From: a virus
Lineage: Duplodnaviria > Caudoviricetes
DNA length: 43,277 bases
Virus record (IMG/VR): IMGVR_UViG_3300033146_003420
Coordinates: 1 to 43,277 of that record
Direction: 5' to 3' (one strand)
How positions within the stretch are numbered: position 1 is the stretch's first letter; each line of letters opens with the position of its first letter. Below the pieces are notes generated by a model, which saw nothing but the letters and a program-made list of their open reading frames with translations, was not told the origin of the DNA and searched no databases. A program made the translations under genes and the position numbers. Positions 26,502 to 35,832 of this stretch are shown here, piece after piece.

Positions 26502-27329
26502 TTAAACTTTAATTATCATATTATTATTTATATCTCTTTTTGCTTGAGCTACAAGTTGGTCAAATTTTTCTCTTAACTTTCCTGCTGATAAAATATTAGC
26601 ATTCCAAAAATCATCCTTTTGAGCCCATTTTATTATAAGGTTGATGTCGTTTTCTTCTCTTCCGTCAATTTTTCTCATTTTCCTAATGTCGTCTGCCCAC
26701 AGCCTTAAGTTCGGTTCTTTGTGGTTGGGGTTATTAATTCTTATAAGTTCTAATAAATATTTGGCTATGTTCATATCTTCATCTTCGTAATTATACTTAC
26801 TTGTCGTCTCGTTGGGATTTTTAATCTTCAACTCTTCTCTTAACTTAACTTCTCTTAACTTAACTTCTCTTAACTTAATGCACGGAGACTTTTCGGCTGA
26901 ACGGACAACTTTTTGGCTGAACGCATCCGTCCGCATCCGTCCGCATCCGTCCGCATCCGTCCGCATTTCTATCAAATTAGCATTCTCCCATTCGTTTTTA
27001 GCACCTCCAAGGAGAATTGGTTTAATGTCTTTTCTAAATTCTTGATGGTTGTTAAATTTACTATACTGGTAATATTTATTTTTTTCAAATTCTACCATTA
27101 ACCAAAGTTTATTTTTTAATATTTCATTTACAATTTTTAACATTTCTTGTTCATTTTCGTTCCAAAAGGGAACAACAAGATTTTTTAATTTTAATGGAGA
27201 ATAATAAATTAACCCGAAATCATCAGTATGGGCTATTCCCCAAGTGTATAATATTTTTGCTTTGTCGCTTAAACAATTTACTTTATCCGATATGGATATT
27301 GATTTGTTTAACATTCTTTTTTGAGCCAT
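26502..27329 (-). CDS. Phage replication initiator / replisome organiser
   Basis: N-terminal MAQKRM...LSDKAKILY...DDFG; repeat-rich linker; C-terminal WADDIRKM..IDGR..KDDFWNANILSAGKLREKFDQL (lambda O-like C-terminus). Confidence 0.85.
   Translation of the reverse strand: MAQKRMLNKSISISDKVNCLSDKAKILYTWGIAHTDDFGLIYYSPLKLKNLVVPFWNENEQEMLKIVNEILKNKLWLMVEFEKNKYYQYSKFNNHQEFRKDIKPILLGGAKNEWENANLIEMRTDADGCGRMRTDAFSQKVVRSAEKSPCIKLREVKLREVKLREELKIKNPNETTSKYNYEDEDMNIAKYLLELIRINNPNHKEPNLRLWADDIRKMRKIDGREENDINLIIKWAQKDDFWNANILSAGKLREKFDQLVAQAKRDINNNMIIKV
26835..26966. repeat. Tandem repeats inside the initiator gene; putative iterons/origin
   Basis: About 3x TTCTCTTAACTTAAC (26835-26878), 2x ACTTTTYGGCTGAACG (26888, 26908), 4.5x CGCATCCGTC (26922-26966). 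Confidence 0.85.
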
Positions 27330-27346
27330 AATTTTTTGTTTACAAA

Positions 27347-27432
27347 AAAATTCACAGGAGATTGTTACCGTCTACACTAACTGCGATAGTGCACCGCCCA
27401 AAGGCAATTAGTAACAATCTCTTGTGAATTTT
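27347..27432 (-). ncRNA. Three-way-junction leader RNA upstream of the initiator
   Basis: 22-bp closing stem with one mismatch enclosing GCC/GGC and CACTA/TAGTG hairpins; its 3' end runs into a 7-T tract on the - strand. Confidence 0.6.
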
Positions 27433-27476
27433 ATTATTTTATTTGCAGTTTTTTAGACTTTTTTGTACCTGTTTTT

Positions 27477-27505
27477 AGTATGCCTGTTTTTTTAGAAAAA
27501 GGCAA
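27477..27505 (-). promoter_or_regulatory. Leftward promoter for the replication/modification operon
   Basis: TTGCCT-N17-CATACT on the - strand. Confidence 0.65.
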
Positions 27506-27646
27506 GTTTGCTAATGTTGGTTAAAATAAAGTTATTTCTTAGTTAAAACTTTTGAAATCAAAAAAAAATAAAAGTTTTGATTTTAAAAAAGTGGGCAACT
27601 TTATTTTATAGCTAATTTTAGTTTTTAATTGTATTAAGTGAAAGGC

Positions 27647-27675
27647 TTGCTTTATTTAAACAAAAAAGCTATAAT
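27647..27675 (+). promoter_or_regulatory. Rightward promoter for the packaging/structural arm
   Basis: TTGCTT-N17-TATAAT. Confidence 0.75.
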
Positions 27676-27716
27676 AATAATAAGGGTTAGTAACCTTATT
27701 ATTATTATAGCTTTTT
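27663..27716. repeat. Perfect 23-bp inverted repeat with 8-nt spacer
   Basis: AAAAAGCTATAATAATAATAAGG-gttagtaa-CCTTATTATTATTATAGCTTTTT. Confidence 0.9.
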
Positions 27717-27838
27717 GCCGTTTAGCCTAGTTTTCATTCCTAGCCCAAACTCTTTTCGACCAGAGTTAGCTAAACGGCAAAGTAATAAATACTTACGAAG
27801 TAGTTAATTTGGAGATTATAATTATTTATTCAAAAAGT

Positions 27839-28189
27839 ATGAGTGAAGAAAAACCTAAATATTCAGCTAAACATTTAGCACCTTGGCAATTTCAACCTGG
27901 TCAATCAGGAAACCCCAAAGGAAGAACTCCAGGAAAGAGTTTAAAAGAGTACTCAAGGGAATTTTTAGCAAAAATGAATGACAAAGAAAGGTTAGAATTT
28001 ATGAAAGGTCTCCCTAAAATAGATATTTGGAAGATGGCAGAAGGCAATCCGGAGCAGGCAGTTCACGGAAGCGTAACTATTTCAGATTTATTAGATAATT
28101 TAAAAAAGAATGGAGAAGTTAACAAAGGAACAATCGATAATGGGGGAAAACCTACTGAACAAGGATTGGAGGATGGGCAACCTGTATAA
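27839..28189 (+). CDS. terS: Terminase small subunit
   Basis: WQFQPGQSGNPKGR motif; overlaps the TerL start; ATG at 27839 preferred. Confidence 0.75.
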   Translation: MSEEKPKYSAKHLAPWQFQPGQSGNPKGRTPGKSLKEYSREFLAKMNDKERLEFMKGLPKIDIWKMAEGNPEQAVHGSVTISDLLDNLKKNGEVNKGTIDNGGKPTEQGLEDGQPV

Positions 28190-29789
28190 AATAATCAACA
28201 AAGAACAGAAAAAGGTTGTTTTTAAAAGGAATAAAGCTCAAGCCGATTTTCAATTAAACAAAACGAATAGAAATATAATACTAAAGTCAAGGCAATTAGG
28301 AATGACCACAGACGAATGCAATGACATGCTTGACGATGTGATATTTAATGCTAATTTTTCGGGATTATTTATTGCACACACTAAAGATGATGCGATTGAG
28401 ATATTTGACAAAAAAGTTTCTTATGCTTGGGAGAATTTAGACGAAGATTTGAAGTCACTTTACAAGTTAGACACAGACAGTGCGAATAAACTTAAATTCG
28501 GATTCGGAAAAAATGAATATAGTACATTTATAGTGGCAAACTCAGGGAGGTCAGGAACTTACAACAGGGTTCACGTCTCAGAATTGGCAAAACTTTGTAA
28601 AAAATATCCAGCCAGAGCAGATGAAATTGTTTCAGGAACTTTTCCAGCAGTCCCGATAGAAGGAAGAATAGACATTGAAAGCACCGCAGAGGGGATGAGT
28701 GGAATTTTTTATGAAATGTTTATGGAGGCTTACACAAGAAAGACTAAAGCACTTCCAGTAGAATTCACAGCACATTTTTATAATTGGACTTGGGATGAAG
28801 AAGAAATTTCAAAAATAAAAGAAAATTACCCTGTAGAAGAAATGGAACAAAGCCCTAAGTTTAAAAAGGTTCAAAAGCTTTATGATTATACAGATAAACA
28901 AATTACTTATTATTACTATAAGTGGTTAGGACTAAAGAAAGATTGGGATAAATTACATCAAGAATACCCTAACACCCCTGAAGAGGCTTTTGTTGCAAGT
29001 GGTAACACTTTTTTTAATAAAGAACAATTAATCAGCCAGATTGCAGTAGCCCCTGAACCTTTAGTTGTTGAGAAGGGAGAATTGCCTGACAAATTGTATA
29101 ATTATTATATTGATGGAAGTTTAAAGATATATGAGAAACCGCAAGATTTGATTGTTTATGTTATTGGAGCAGATGTTGCTGAAGGGAAAAATCAAGATAG
29201 TTCTTCGGCTAACGGGATAAATAACAAAACATTATTTCCAGCATTCGGATTTAGTTCAAACAAAGTTAGACCAGATGAATATGCTGAAGCTTTAAACGAA
29301 TTGGGAAGATTTTATAACGATGCTTATTTGGCGGTTGAGAGCAATACAGGATTGTGGGTATTGACAGAGTTGAACGAAACACATAAATATCCTAATTTGT
29401 ACTGGAGAGAAAGGATTGACGATGTTACCCACTCCGTAAGCAAGCAACTTGGATATCACACTGGAACAGGAAGTCAAGGCAGGAAAGTGATGCTTGATAA
29501 TTTGTTAGTAGAAGTAAATAACAATTTGGGGATTTGGCCAAAACCTTTTTTAAATGAAGCTTTGGTGTTTATAAGAAATGAACAAGGAAGACCTGAAGCT
29601 GCCGAGGGTAAACACGATGATGAAATAATATCTATGGGTATTTGTCATTATGTTAGAGAGAATGTTCCAGCGGAAATAAAAACAGCTTCTAGTGTAGCTC
29701 CAAAGTCTTTAGAGGAGAAGATAATGGCAAGGTTAGCCGCAAAGAAAAAAGGAAGCAGAGGAGGAATTAATCAAAGTAATTATTATTAA
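28110..29789 (+). CDS. terL: Terminase large subunit
   Basis: ILKSRQLGMTT, VHVSE, IESTAEG, VIGADVAEG, KHDD motifs. Confidence 0.95.
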   Translation: MEKLTKEQSIMGENLLNKDWRMGNLYKIINKEQKKVVFKRNKAQADFQLNKTNRNIILKSRQLGMTTDECNDMLDDVIFNANFSGLFIAHTKDDAIEIFDKKVSYAWENLDEDLKSLYKLDTDSANKLKFGFGKNEYSTFIVANSGRSGTYNRVHVSELAKLCKKYPARADEIVSGTFPAVPIEGRIDIESTAEGMSGIFYEMFMEAYTRKTKALPVEFTAHFYNWTWDEEEISKIKENYPVEEMEQSPKFKKVQKLYDYTDKQITYYYYKWLGLKKDWDKLHQEYPNTPEEAFVASGNTFFNKEQLISQIAVAPEPLVVEKGELPDKLYNYYIDGSLKIYEKPQDLIVYVIGADVAEGKNQDSSSANGINNKTLFPAFGFSSNKVRPDEYAEALNELGRFYNDAYLAVESNTGLWVLTELNETHKYPNLYWRERIDDVTHSVSKQLGYHTGTGSQGRKVMLDNLLVEVNNNLGIWPKPFLNEALVFIRNEQGRPEAAEGKHDDEIISMGICHYVRENVPAEIKTASSVAPKSLEEKIMARLAAKKKGSRGGINQSNYY

Positions 29790-29862
29790 ATATAAAAGTA
29801 TGAAGATATTAAAGAGGATGAAATTATAAGAAATAAGTTGATTTAATAAATATTTAAACTAA

Positions 29863-32073
29863 ATGAAAAAATTAGTTAAGATAAATGAAGAGGTTAAAAC
29901 TAAAACCTACAAAGCTGACGATAAAGAGGTTCAGCTAAACAGGTTTTTAGAAAAAAGAATAGAAGTTTTGAAAAAAACAAAGCTTGATGTTCTTAATGGT
30001 TTTAATTTCGAGGAATTAATGAAGAAAGCAGACAGAGAATATTCACCAAAAGATTTGTCTGGCAAGGATTCAGTTTCTAGTTTGGTTACAGTCGCAAATG
30101 AAGAGTCAAGCAGTAATGCAAATGCAAGTATAGTAAATGTTTCAAGCGAATCGGATAAAGCTGATTGGAGGTCTTCAATTTCTGAGCCTACATTGTTAGT
30201 TAAAGTGCAAACTGCTATTTCAATTCTTATTGACCAAAACCCTGAAGCGGTTATGAAAGCAAGTTGCGATAAATACGAAGAAAGAAATAATATAGCCAAA
30301 GCAATTTTAAAGAGGAATTGGGAGTTAAACGACAGCATAGACATGTTGAAGCTTTTTGTATTCGATTTAGCTAAATATGGATTTGCAGTTGGGCATACAC
30401 TTCCAAGAATGTTAAAAAGAGATAAAGAAATATTAGAAGAAATTGACACAGAAAACCCTGAAAAAAATAAATATAGAAAAATACAGATTATTGAGTTTAA
30501 CGATATTTATAGAGAGAAATTAGATTTATACAGAACTTGGATTGACGATAAGGCAAATTTAACTGACAAGTTTTCAGTAAATGATTGGTATTACGAGAAA
30601 GATTATTCTAAAGAAGATTTTGACGAAGAATTTGGGATGTATAATAATTCTAAAACTGTTAAGGGGAATAAATTAAGTGCGGATACACAAGGATTAAACT
30701 CAGCTACAAAAACTAGAGATGATATGATTACAGTTGGTTTCTACGAAAATAAAAAGAAAGATTTATATTGTATTTGGATTCCAGAAACTAAAACTATTAT
30801 TTATTACTCACCTTTGCCTAACGACGATGGGAAATTAACCCTTTGGTATGCTTATTGGAACTTGCGTGACCCTAGAACAATTTACGGTATTGGATTATTC
30901 GAGTTGTTAAAGAACAATAAAGTGATGTACGACAGGTTTAAGAATATGACTATTGACCAGTTGACTATGGCAATTTACCCAATGATATTTTTTACAGGTC
31001 CACCAATTGACGGCGAAGATGAAATTAAGATATCACCTGATAAATTGATAAAAAAACAAGCTGGAACTACAGTAGACCAAATTAAAATTAACTATGATAA
31101 TAGAGGCTGGGAAACTACAGAAAAGTTAAAAGCAGATATGGACGATGCTACAGCAATTACTCCAACTTTAGAAGGAGATGTTACAGGGCAAACCCTTGGA
31201 GAGGTTTTGCATGCTAAAGATTCGGCTTTAAAGCGGTTAAATATCCCTTTGCTTAATATCGCAAAGGCAATTGAAGCTGACGCTTACATTACATTGTCTT
31301 GGGCTAATCAAGTTTATTCTATTCCTGAAATACAAAAGTTTGCAAATGGTAAAGAGTTGTTGGAATACGAGGAAGAAAACAACAAAAAAGCAAGCAAAAT
31401 TAACCCTGTTGAAGGTACGGAAGAAATTGAAGCAGAGTTCTTGCCTGAAATGGATTTAGGATTAGAGGAAGATAGAGATGGAGTTTTGATTGAAAGCAAA
31501 GAAAGTAGATTTTTTAAGATTGGCAGTGAAGAATTTCCATTAGAGAGTATTAAATGGGAAGGTAAGATTACGATTAAAGCAAGGTCAGTTGTAAGTCCTA
31601 ACCCTGAATTAGAAAGACAAATGAAATCAGAACTTTATAATATTGTTTCACCTGTTGTTGCTCAAATGTCTTCACTTTGGTATAAACACCTTGACCCTGA
31701 GACTGGAGAAATGTATACACCTGATAGTGGAAAGGAAATGGCATTGGCTTTATATAAACCCTTGACTGAAATATTAAAGATACATAATGAAAAACCAGAG
31801 AATTGGATATTTGAAGAGATTATTTTATATTCAGAAAATCCCGAGATGCTAGAAAAAGAAAAAGAAGCTATGGCTCAAGCTGAAGCTGCAAAGCCTGAGA
31901 ACGATTTGTTTGTTGACCAAGCTAGCCTTGAACCAGAAGCTGAAGGAGGAATGGGTAGAGGAGTAAAACAAGCTCCTAATTCGGTTGTTGCTCCGAGTTC
32001 TTTAACTAATCCGCTTAAACAAGTTATGGGAAATATGAAAGCATCGGAAACTAAAGCTAATAAATCATTATAA
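29863..32073 (+). CDS. Portal protein
   Basis: 736 aa directly after TerL; IYGIGLFELL...DQLTMAIYP pattern of P22-like portals. Confidence 0.85.
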   Translation: MKKLVKINEEVKTKTYKADDKEVQLNRFLEKRIEVLKKTKLDVLNGFNFEELMKKADREYSPKDLSGKDSVSSLVTVANEESSSNANASIVNVSSESDKADWRSSISEPTLLVKVQTAISILIDQNPEAVMKASCDKYEERNNIAKAILKRNWELNDSIDMLKLFVFDLAKYGFAVGHTLPRMLKRDKEILEEIDTENPEKNKYRKIQIIEFNDIYREKLDLYRTWIDDKANLTDKFSVNDWYYEKDYSKEDFDEEFGMYNNSKTVKGNKLSADTQGLNSATKTRDDMITVGFYENKKKDLYCIWIPETKTIIYYSPLPNDDGKLTLWYAYWNLRDPRTIYGIGLFELLKNNKVMYDRFKNMTIDQLTMAIYPMIFFTGPPIDGEDEIKISPDKLIKKQAGTTVDQIKINYDNRGWETTEKLKADMDDATAITPTLEGDVTGQTLGEVLHAKDSALKRLNIPLLNIAKAIEADAYITLSWANQVYSIPEIQKFANGKELLEYEEENNKKASKINPVEGTEEIEAEFLPEMDLGLEEDRDGVLIESKESRFFKIGSEEFPLESIKWEGKITIKARSVVSPNPELERQMKSELYNIVSPVVAQMSSLWYKHLDPETGEMYTPDSGKEMALALYKPLTEILKIHNEKPENWIFEEIILYSENPEMLEKEKEAMAQAEAAKPENDLFVDQASLEPEAEGGMGRGVKQAPNSVVAPSSLTNPLKQVMGNMKASETKANKSL

Positions 32074-32082
32074 TATAAAAGA

Positions 32083-32469
32083 ATGAAAATATCAAAAGAA
32101 TATCCGCCAAATTACGAAAGGCTTAAAGGAGAGTTTAAACTTAGCGAGGGAGTTGTATTTACTTACGGAGATACAATTTATAATCCAGATGAAGGAAAAA
32201 TAGATAAACCATTAATGGCTCACGAGAAAGTTCATTGCACACAACAGGGAGTTGATATTGAAGGATGGTGGGATAAATATATTTTAGATAAAGAATTTAG
32301 ATTGTCACAAGAGTTAGAAGCTTACCAAAGACAATACAGGGTTGCTAAAAACAAATTAAACAGGGAAGATTTATTTAGATTGTTGAAATATATAGCAAGT
32401 GATTTATCTGGAGAACTTTATGGTAATTTAATAGATTTTAATAAAGCTATGAGCTTAATAAAGAATTAA
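32083..32469 (+). CDS. Small zincin-like (HExxH) protein
   Basis: LMAHEKVHCTQQ...ELEAY. Confidence 0.7.
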   Translation: MKISKEYPPNYERLKGEFKLSEGVVFTYGDTIYNPDEGKIDKPLMAHEKVHCTQQGVDIEGWWDKYILDKEFRLSQELEAYQRQYRVAKNKLNREDLFRLLKYIASDLSGELYGNLIDFNKAMSLIKN

Positions 32470-32470
32470 T

Positions 32471-32698
32471 ATGACGAATGATGAACAAAAGATTTTACAA
32501 GATTTACAAACACATTTAGGTTGGCCAATCCTTGAGAAGTTAATGGCAGAGTATGTTGAAGGATTAGAATTAAAAGGAAGTGCAAAAAGAGAAACAGAAT
32601 TTGAAACTGTTTGGCAAAGGGCTTTAGCCGAAGGTGGAGAATTACATTTAAAAACATTTTTCGCAGTAGCAGAGGCGGAAGCTAGGAAATATAAATAA
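32471..32698 (+). CDS. Small post-portal helical protein
   Basis: 75 aa, typical position between portal and scaffold. Confidence 0.6.
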   Translation: MTNDEQKILQDLQTHLGWPILEKLMAEYVEGLELKGSAKRETEFETVWQRALAEGGELHLKTFFAVAEAEARKYK

Positions 32699-32699
32699 T

Positions 32700-33077
32700 A
32701 TGATTACAAAATATTCAAAATTTGATTACGAAGGCTTAAAAGTAGAAGCTAATTACAGTCCAGAGGTTTTGGGTTGTAAAAAGATTAAATTCACCATAGA
32801 GGGTAAATCAGCAGAAATAGACAAGAGTGACCTCTATAATTTATTGGTATTATTTGCCGATGACGAAGAGATGGACAAATGCTTAGACACCAGAGGTAGA
32901 GATGTAGTTATGATAAAGAAAATGGTTAAAGTTAAAACCAAAGAGGCTATCCCTGCAGGCGGTGAAATTGTATTTCCTATCGAATACCCTTTGAGTGAAG
33001 AAGAATACGAACAATATTTGAAAGACAATAAAGATAATTTTTTAAAGGAGGAAGATGCTAAAAAATCATTAACTTAA
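32700..33077 (+). CDS. Hypothetical protein
   Basis: 125-aa ORF, tightly coupled. Confidence 0.65.
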   Translation: MITKYSKFDYEGLKVEANYSPEVLGCKKIKFTIEGKSAEIDKSDLYNLLVLFADDEEMDKCLDTRGRDVVMIKKMVKVKTKEAIPAGGEIVFPIEYPLSEEEYEQYLKDNKDNFLKEEDAKKSLT

Positions 33078-33123
33078 TAAAATAATTCATCAATCTCAAT
33101 GATGTAAAACAAAGAGTAAAATT

Positions 33124-33600
33124 ATGACAGATGAAAAAACAACAAATGAAACAGAAACTAAAAAAGAACCACCTTTGAATTTATCAATTCTTAAAAAGGA
33201 AATGGATGAATTTAAAAAAGAAACTAAACAAACAAACAAAACAATTCTTGGGGCTTTAGAAACCCTTATGAACAAAGACGAGAAACCTGAGCCTGTTACA
33301 GAAAAAAAAGTAGAAACTAAAGCAGAAGTAGTTGAATTGACAAATCAACAAAAAGAAATCTTTGAACATTATTTTGACCCTGTAGACGGTTTTAAAGCCA
33401 ACTACGATGTAAACCTAAACATTTTTACAATCGAAGTGCCAACTACCCTTTCAAATGTTTCAGAGGCACACAAAGCCCTTTACAAAGTTGATTTGAGAAG
33501 TAAAAAAGTTGACCCTAATAATATCTTAGGAAGTATGAAAAATTGGTGCATTATGGTTGCTCAAAACCTTAAATATGAGAAAAGAATTAAACTTAAATAA
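33124..33600 (+). CDS. Hypothetical protein
   Basis: 158-aa ORF in the head module. Confidence 0.65.
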   Translation: MTDEKTTNETETKKEPPLNLSILKKEMDEFKKETKQTNKTILGALETLMNKDEKPEPVTEKKVETKAEVVELTNQQKEIFEHYFDPVDGFKANYDVNLNIFTIEVPTTLSNVSEAHKALYKVDLRSKKVDPNNILGSMKNWCIMVAQNLKYEKRIKLK

Positions 33601-33629
33601 TTAAACTTAAACAATTAAACAATAAATAT

Positions 33630-33986
33630 ATGAAAGAAGTAAAAATTACAATTATTGGTGAAAACAATTCTAATACAGTTAAAGAATTTAAAGGAAAAGA
33701 AGCTATTAAGGAAGCTGCAAATGTTTTAAATGATTTAGCGGGGTTTCCTAGAGTTATTTTTAAAGATGTAAAAATGGCAGAGGATGGAGAAAATCCAGGA
33801 CATAAAGATGTAGAAAAGAAATTAAAGGAATATGTTAAAAAACTTGAAAAAGAAAATAAGGGTTTATTTAATAAAACAAAAGAACTTGAAAAGAAGTTAG
33901 GAATTAAAACACCAAAAATGCAACCAGAAACAGATATTGCAGTTGAAATGCCAGCGGAAGGCACATCTAAATCTAATAAAAAATAA
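33630..33986 (+). CDS. Hypothetical protein
   Basis: 118-aa ORF in the head module. Confidence 0.6.
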   Translation: MKEVKITIIGENNSNTVKEFKGKEAIKEAANVLNDLAGFPRVIFKDVKMAEDGENPGHKDVEKKLKEYVKKLEKENKGLFNKTKELEKKLGIKTPKMQPETDIAVEMPAEGTSKSNKK

Positions 33987-33987
33987 T

Positions 33988-34431
33988 ATGTCAAGTAATT
34001 TTAACAAAGTTATCAAAGAAATTAAAAAAAAAGAACTTAATAAATTTAAAGAATTAAATATGCAATTAAAATATATAGTAGAAGGAGCTGAAGCGATTAG
34101 CACTATTATGAAAATTAAATTACCAATAGTATTAAGCTTTAAACTTTCAGTATTTGTTAAACCTATTAACCCAATGGTTGAATCTTTTGGAAAGGCAAGA
34201 AATGAACTTTTATCAAAGTATGCTGAAAATGTTTTAGGAGAAGATAAAAAACCGACAGGTCAAATGAAATTCAAAGGAAAAGAGGAAGTTGAAAAGTTTA
34301 ATAAAGAAATTAATGCTTTGCTGGATGAAGAGGTTAAAGTGGAAGTACCAGAAATTAATATTGCAGAATTTGGCAATGTAGAGATTGAGCCTAACTTGTT
34401 GATGAATTTAGATTGGCTTATAAAAAACTAA
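33988..34431 (+). CDS. Hypothetical helical phage protein (start uncertain)
   Basis: KLPIVLSFKL...ARNELLSKYA...LLDEEV; ATG 1 nt after the previous stop preferred. Confidence 0.6.
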   Translation: MSSNFNKVIKEIKKKELNKFKELNMQLKYIVEGAEAISTIMKIKLPIVLSFKLSVFVKPINPMVESFGKARNELLSKYAENVLGEDKKPTGQMKFKGKEEVEKFNKEINALLDEEVKVEVPEINIAEFGNVEIEPNLLMNLDWLIKN

Positions 34432-34484
34432 TATTAATAATTTAATATATTCTTCCCTCTTTTGGGATGTAAAATAATAATCGT

Positions 34485-35345
34485 ATGGCAAAAGAAGTAA
34501 AAGACGATGTAGTCGAAGATGAAATCGAAGCCTTTGAAAAGGCTGAGGAAGCTGGTGAAGTTAAAACTGGCGAAGAAAGGGAATTGGACACAGAAAACTC
34601 TGGCGATAAATCAGATGATGAACCTGAAGATGGTTCAACTGAGGAAGCTGAGGAAACTGAAGAAAATTCTAATGAATCTGAAGACGATGTCGATGTCGAA
34701 CCTTCCACGACAGAAATAAAAGAAGTAGCTGGAGAAACACCTAGAGAAAAAGCTCTAAGGTTAGAAGTAACTAGATTAAGGAAAAAGGGTAGAGAAAAAG
34801 AAGAAAAAGATTTATTGGCAACTGAAAAAACATCTGAACCTGATTCATATGAAGAGTTAAAAGAACTTGGATATGACGAAGACCAAATTAACACCTTGGA
34901 CAAAGCTTTTGACATTATCGGTAAGAAAAAGGGATTTGTTCGTAAAGACCAAAGCTATGCTACAATGGCTAATGACACATTAGCAGAATTTGTAGAAGAG
35001 CACCCTGAATATTCAGCCGAAAATGACAAAGACGATGTTTATTGGGGTAGGTTTAAAACCATCTTAAAAGATGATTATAAACTTGCAAACAAAACTTCTA
35101 AACAATTAAAGTCTATTTTTAATAGAGTAGATAGAGAAATTAAAGAGGAGTTAGGTGAAAATGTTGTTGATAAAAAAGTTACAGCTCAAAAGCAAAAAAT
35201 CAAAAGTGCTTCAGCAGGTACTTCGACTTCTAAATCAGATAAACCTGTAAACAAGGTGGTTCAAAACAATAAAGTTGTTAGTAATCATCCTGGATTAATT
35301 TTCAAAGGTTTTGATGATGACGAAGTAGAAGAGTTTACTAAATAA
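34485..35345 (+). CDS. Capsid scaffolding protein
   Basis: Very acidic disordered N-terminus, coiled coil, upstream of the capsid gene. Confidence 0.75.
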   Translation: MAKEVKDDVVEDEIEAFEKAEEAGEVKTGEERELDTENSGDKSDDEPEDGSTEEAEETEENSNESEDDVDVEPSTTEIKEVAGETPREKALRLEVTRLRKKGREKEEKDLLATEKTSEPDSYEELKELGYDEDQINTLDKAFDIIGKKKGFVRKDQSYATMANDTLAEFVEEHPEYSAENDKDDVYWGRFKTILKDDYKLANKTSKQLKSIFNRVDREIKEELGENVVDKKVTAQKQKIKSASAGTSTSKSDKPVNKVVQNNKVVSNHPGLIFKGFDDDEVEEFTK

Positions 35346-35361
35346 TTTAACATTAAAATAT

Positions 35362-35793
35362 ATGGCATTTACTGGGTTTGAAAGAGTGGGTGGTTGTATG
35401 ACTGAAGCTAAAAAAAGAGTTATCGGTGCAGTTGCTTACGCGGTTGGTGATTTACTAATGCGTTCAACTACAGCTGGAACTCTTATTGCGGCAACAAGTT
35501 CAGCTACTCCAGGACTTTATTCTAATGGTGGTGGTATCGTTGTCAATGCGACTGACGGTGTTGTAACTACTGTTAAAGTAGAACCAATCGACTATGATGC
35601 AGAATATTTTGCACAAGTAACTAATAATTCTGATGTGGGTCACAACTATATGTTGATGGCTTTGACTGATTTAAACACAGTCAACAACAGTGGAACTGAC
35701 GACGTAACCAACCCTGTATTTATGCAGACTGGTGTTGTTGGCGATGCTGGGGACAAAAAGATTATTGGTCAATTTGTTCGTCAAATTTCTTAA
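35362..35793 (+). CDS. Putative capsid cement/decoration protein
   Basis: 143 aa, G/A/T/V-rich, between scaffold and capsid genes. Confidence 0.6.
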   Translation: MAFTGFERVGGCMTEAKKRVIGAVAYAVGDLLMRSTTAGTLIAATSSATPGLYSNGGGIVVNATDGVVTTVKVEPIDYDAEYFAQVTNNSDVGHNYMLMALTDLNTVNNSGTDDVTNPVFMQTGVVGDAGDKKIIGQFVRQIS

Positions 35794-35832
35794 TCGTTTT
35801 CACTTAACTTAATTTAATAACTTATTACACAT

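Noticed and set aside
26922-26966. CRISPR array
   Set aside because: Head-to-tail 10-bp repeats with no spacers, inside a CDS; no cas genes recognised.
27663-27716. Protelomerase target site of a linear-plasmid prophage
   Set aside because: No protelomerase or tyrosine recombinase is recognisable, and the palindrome has an 8-nt spacer.
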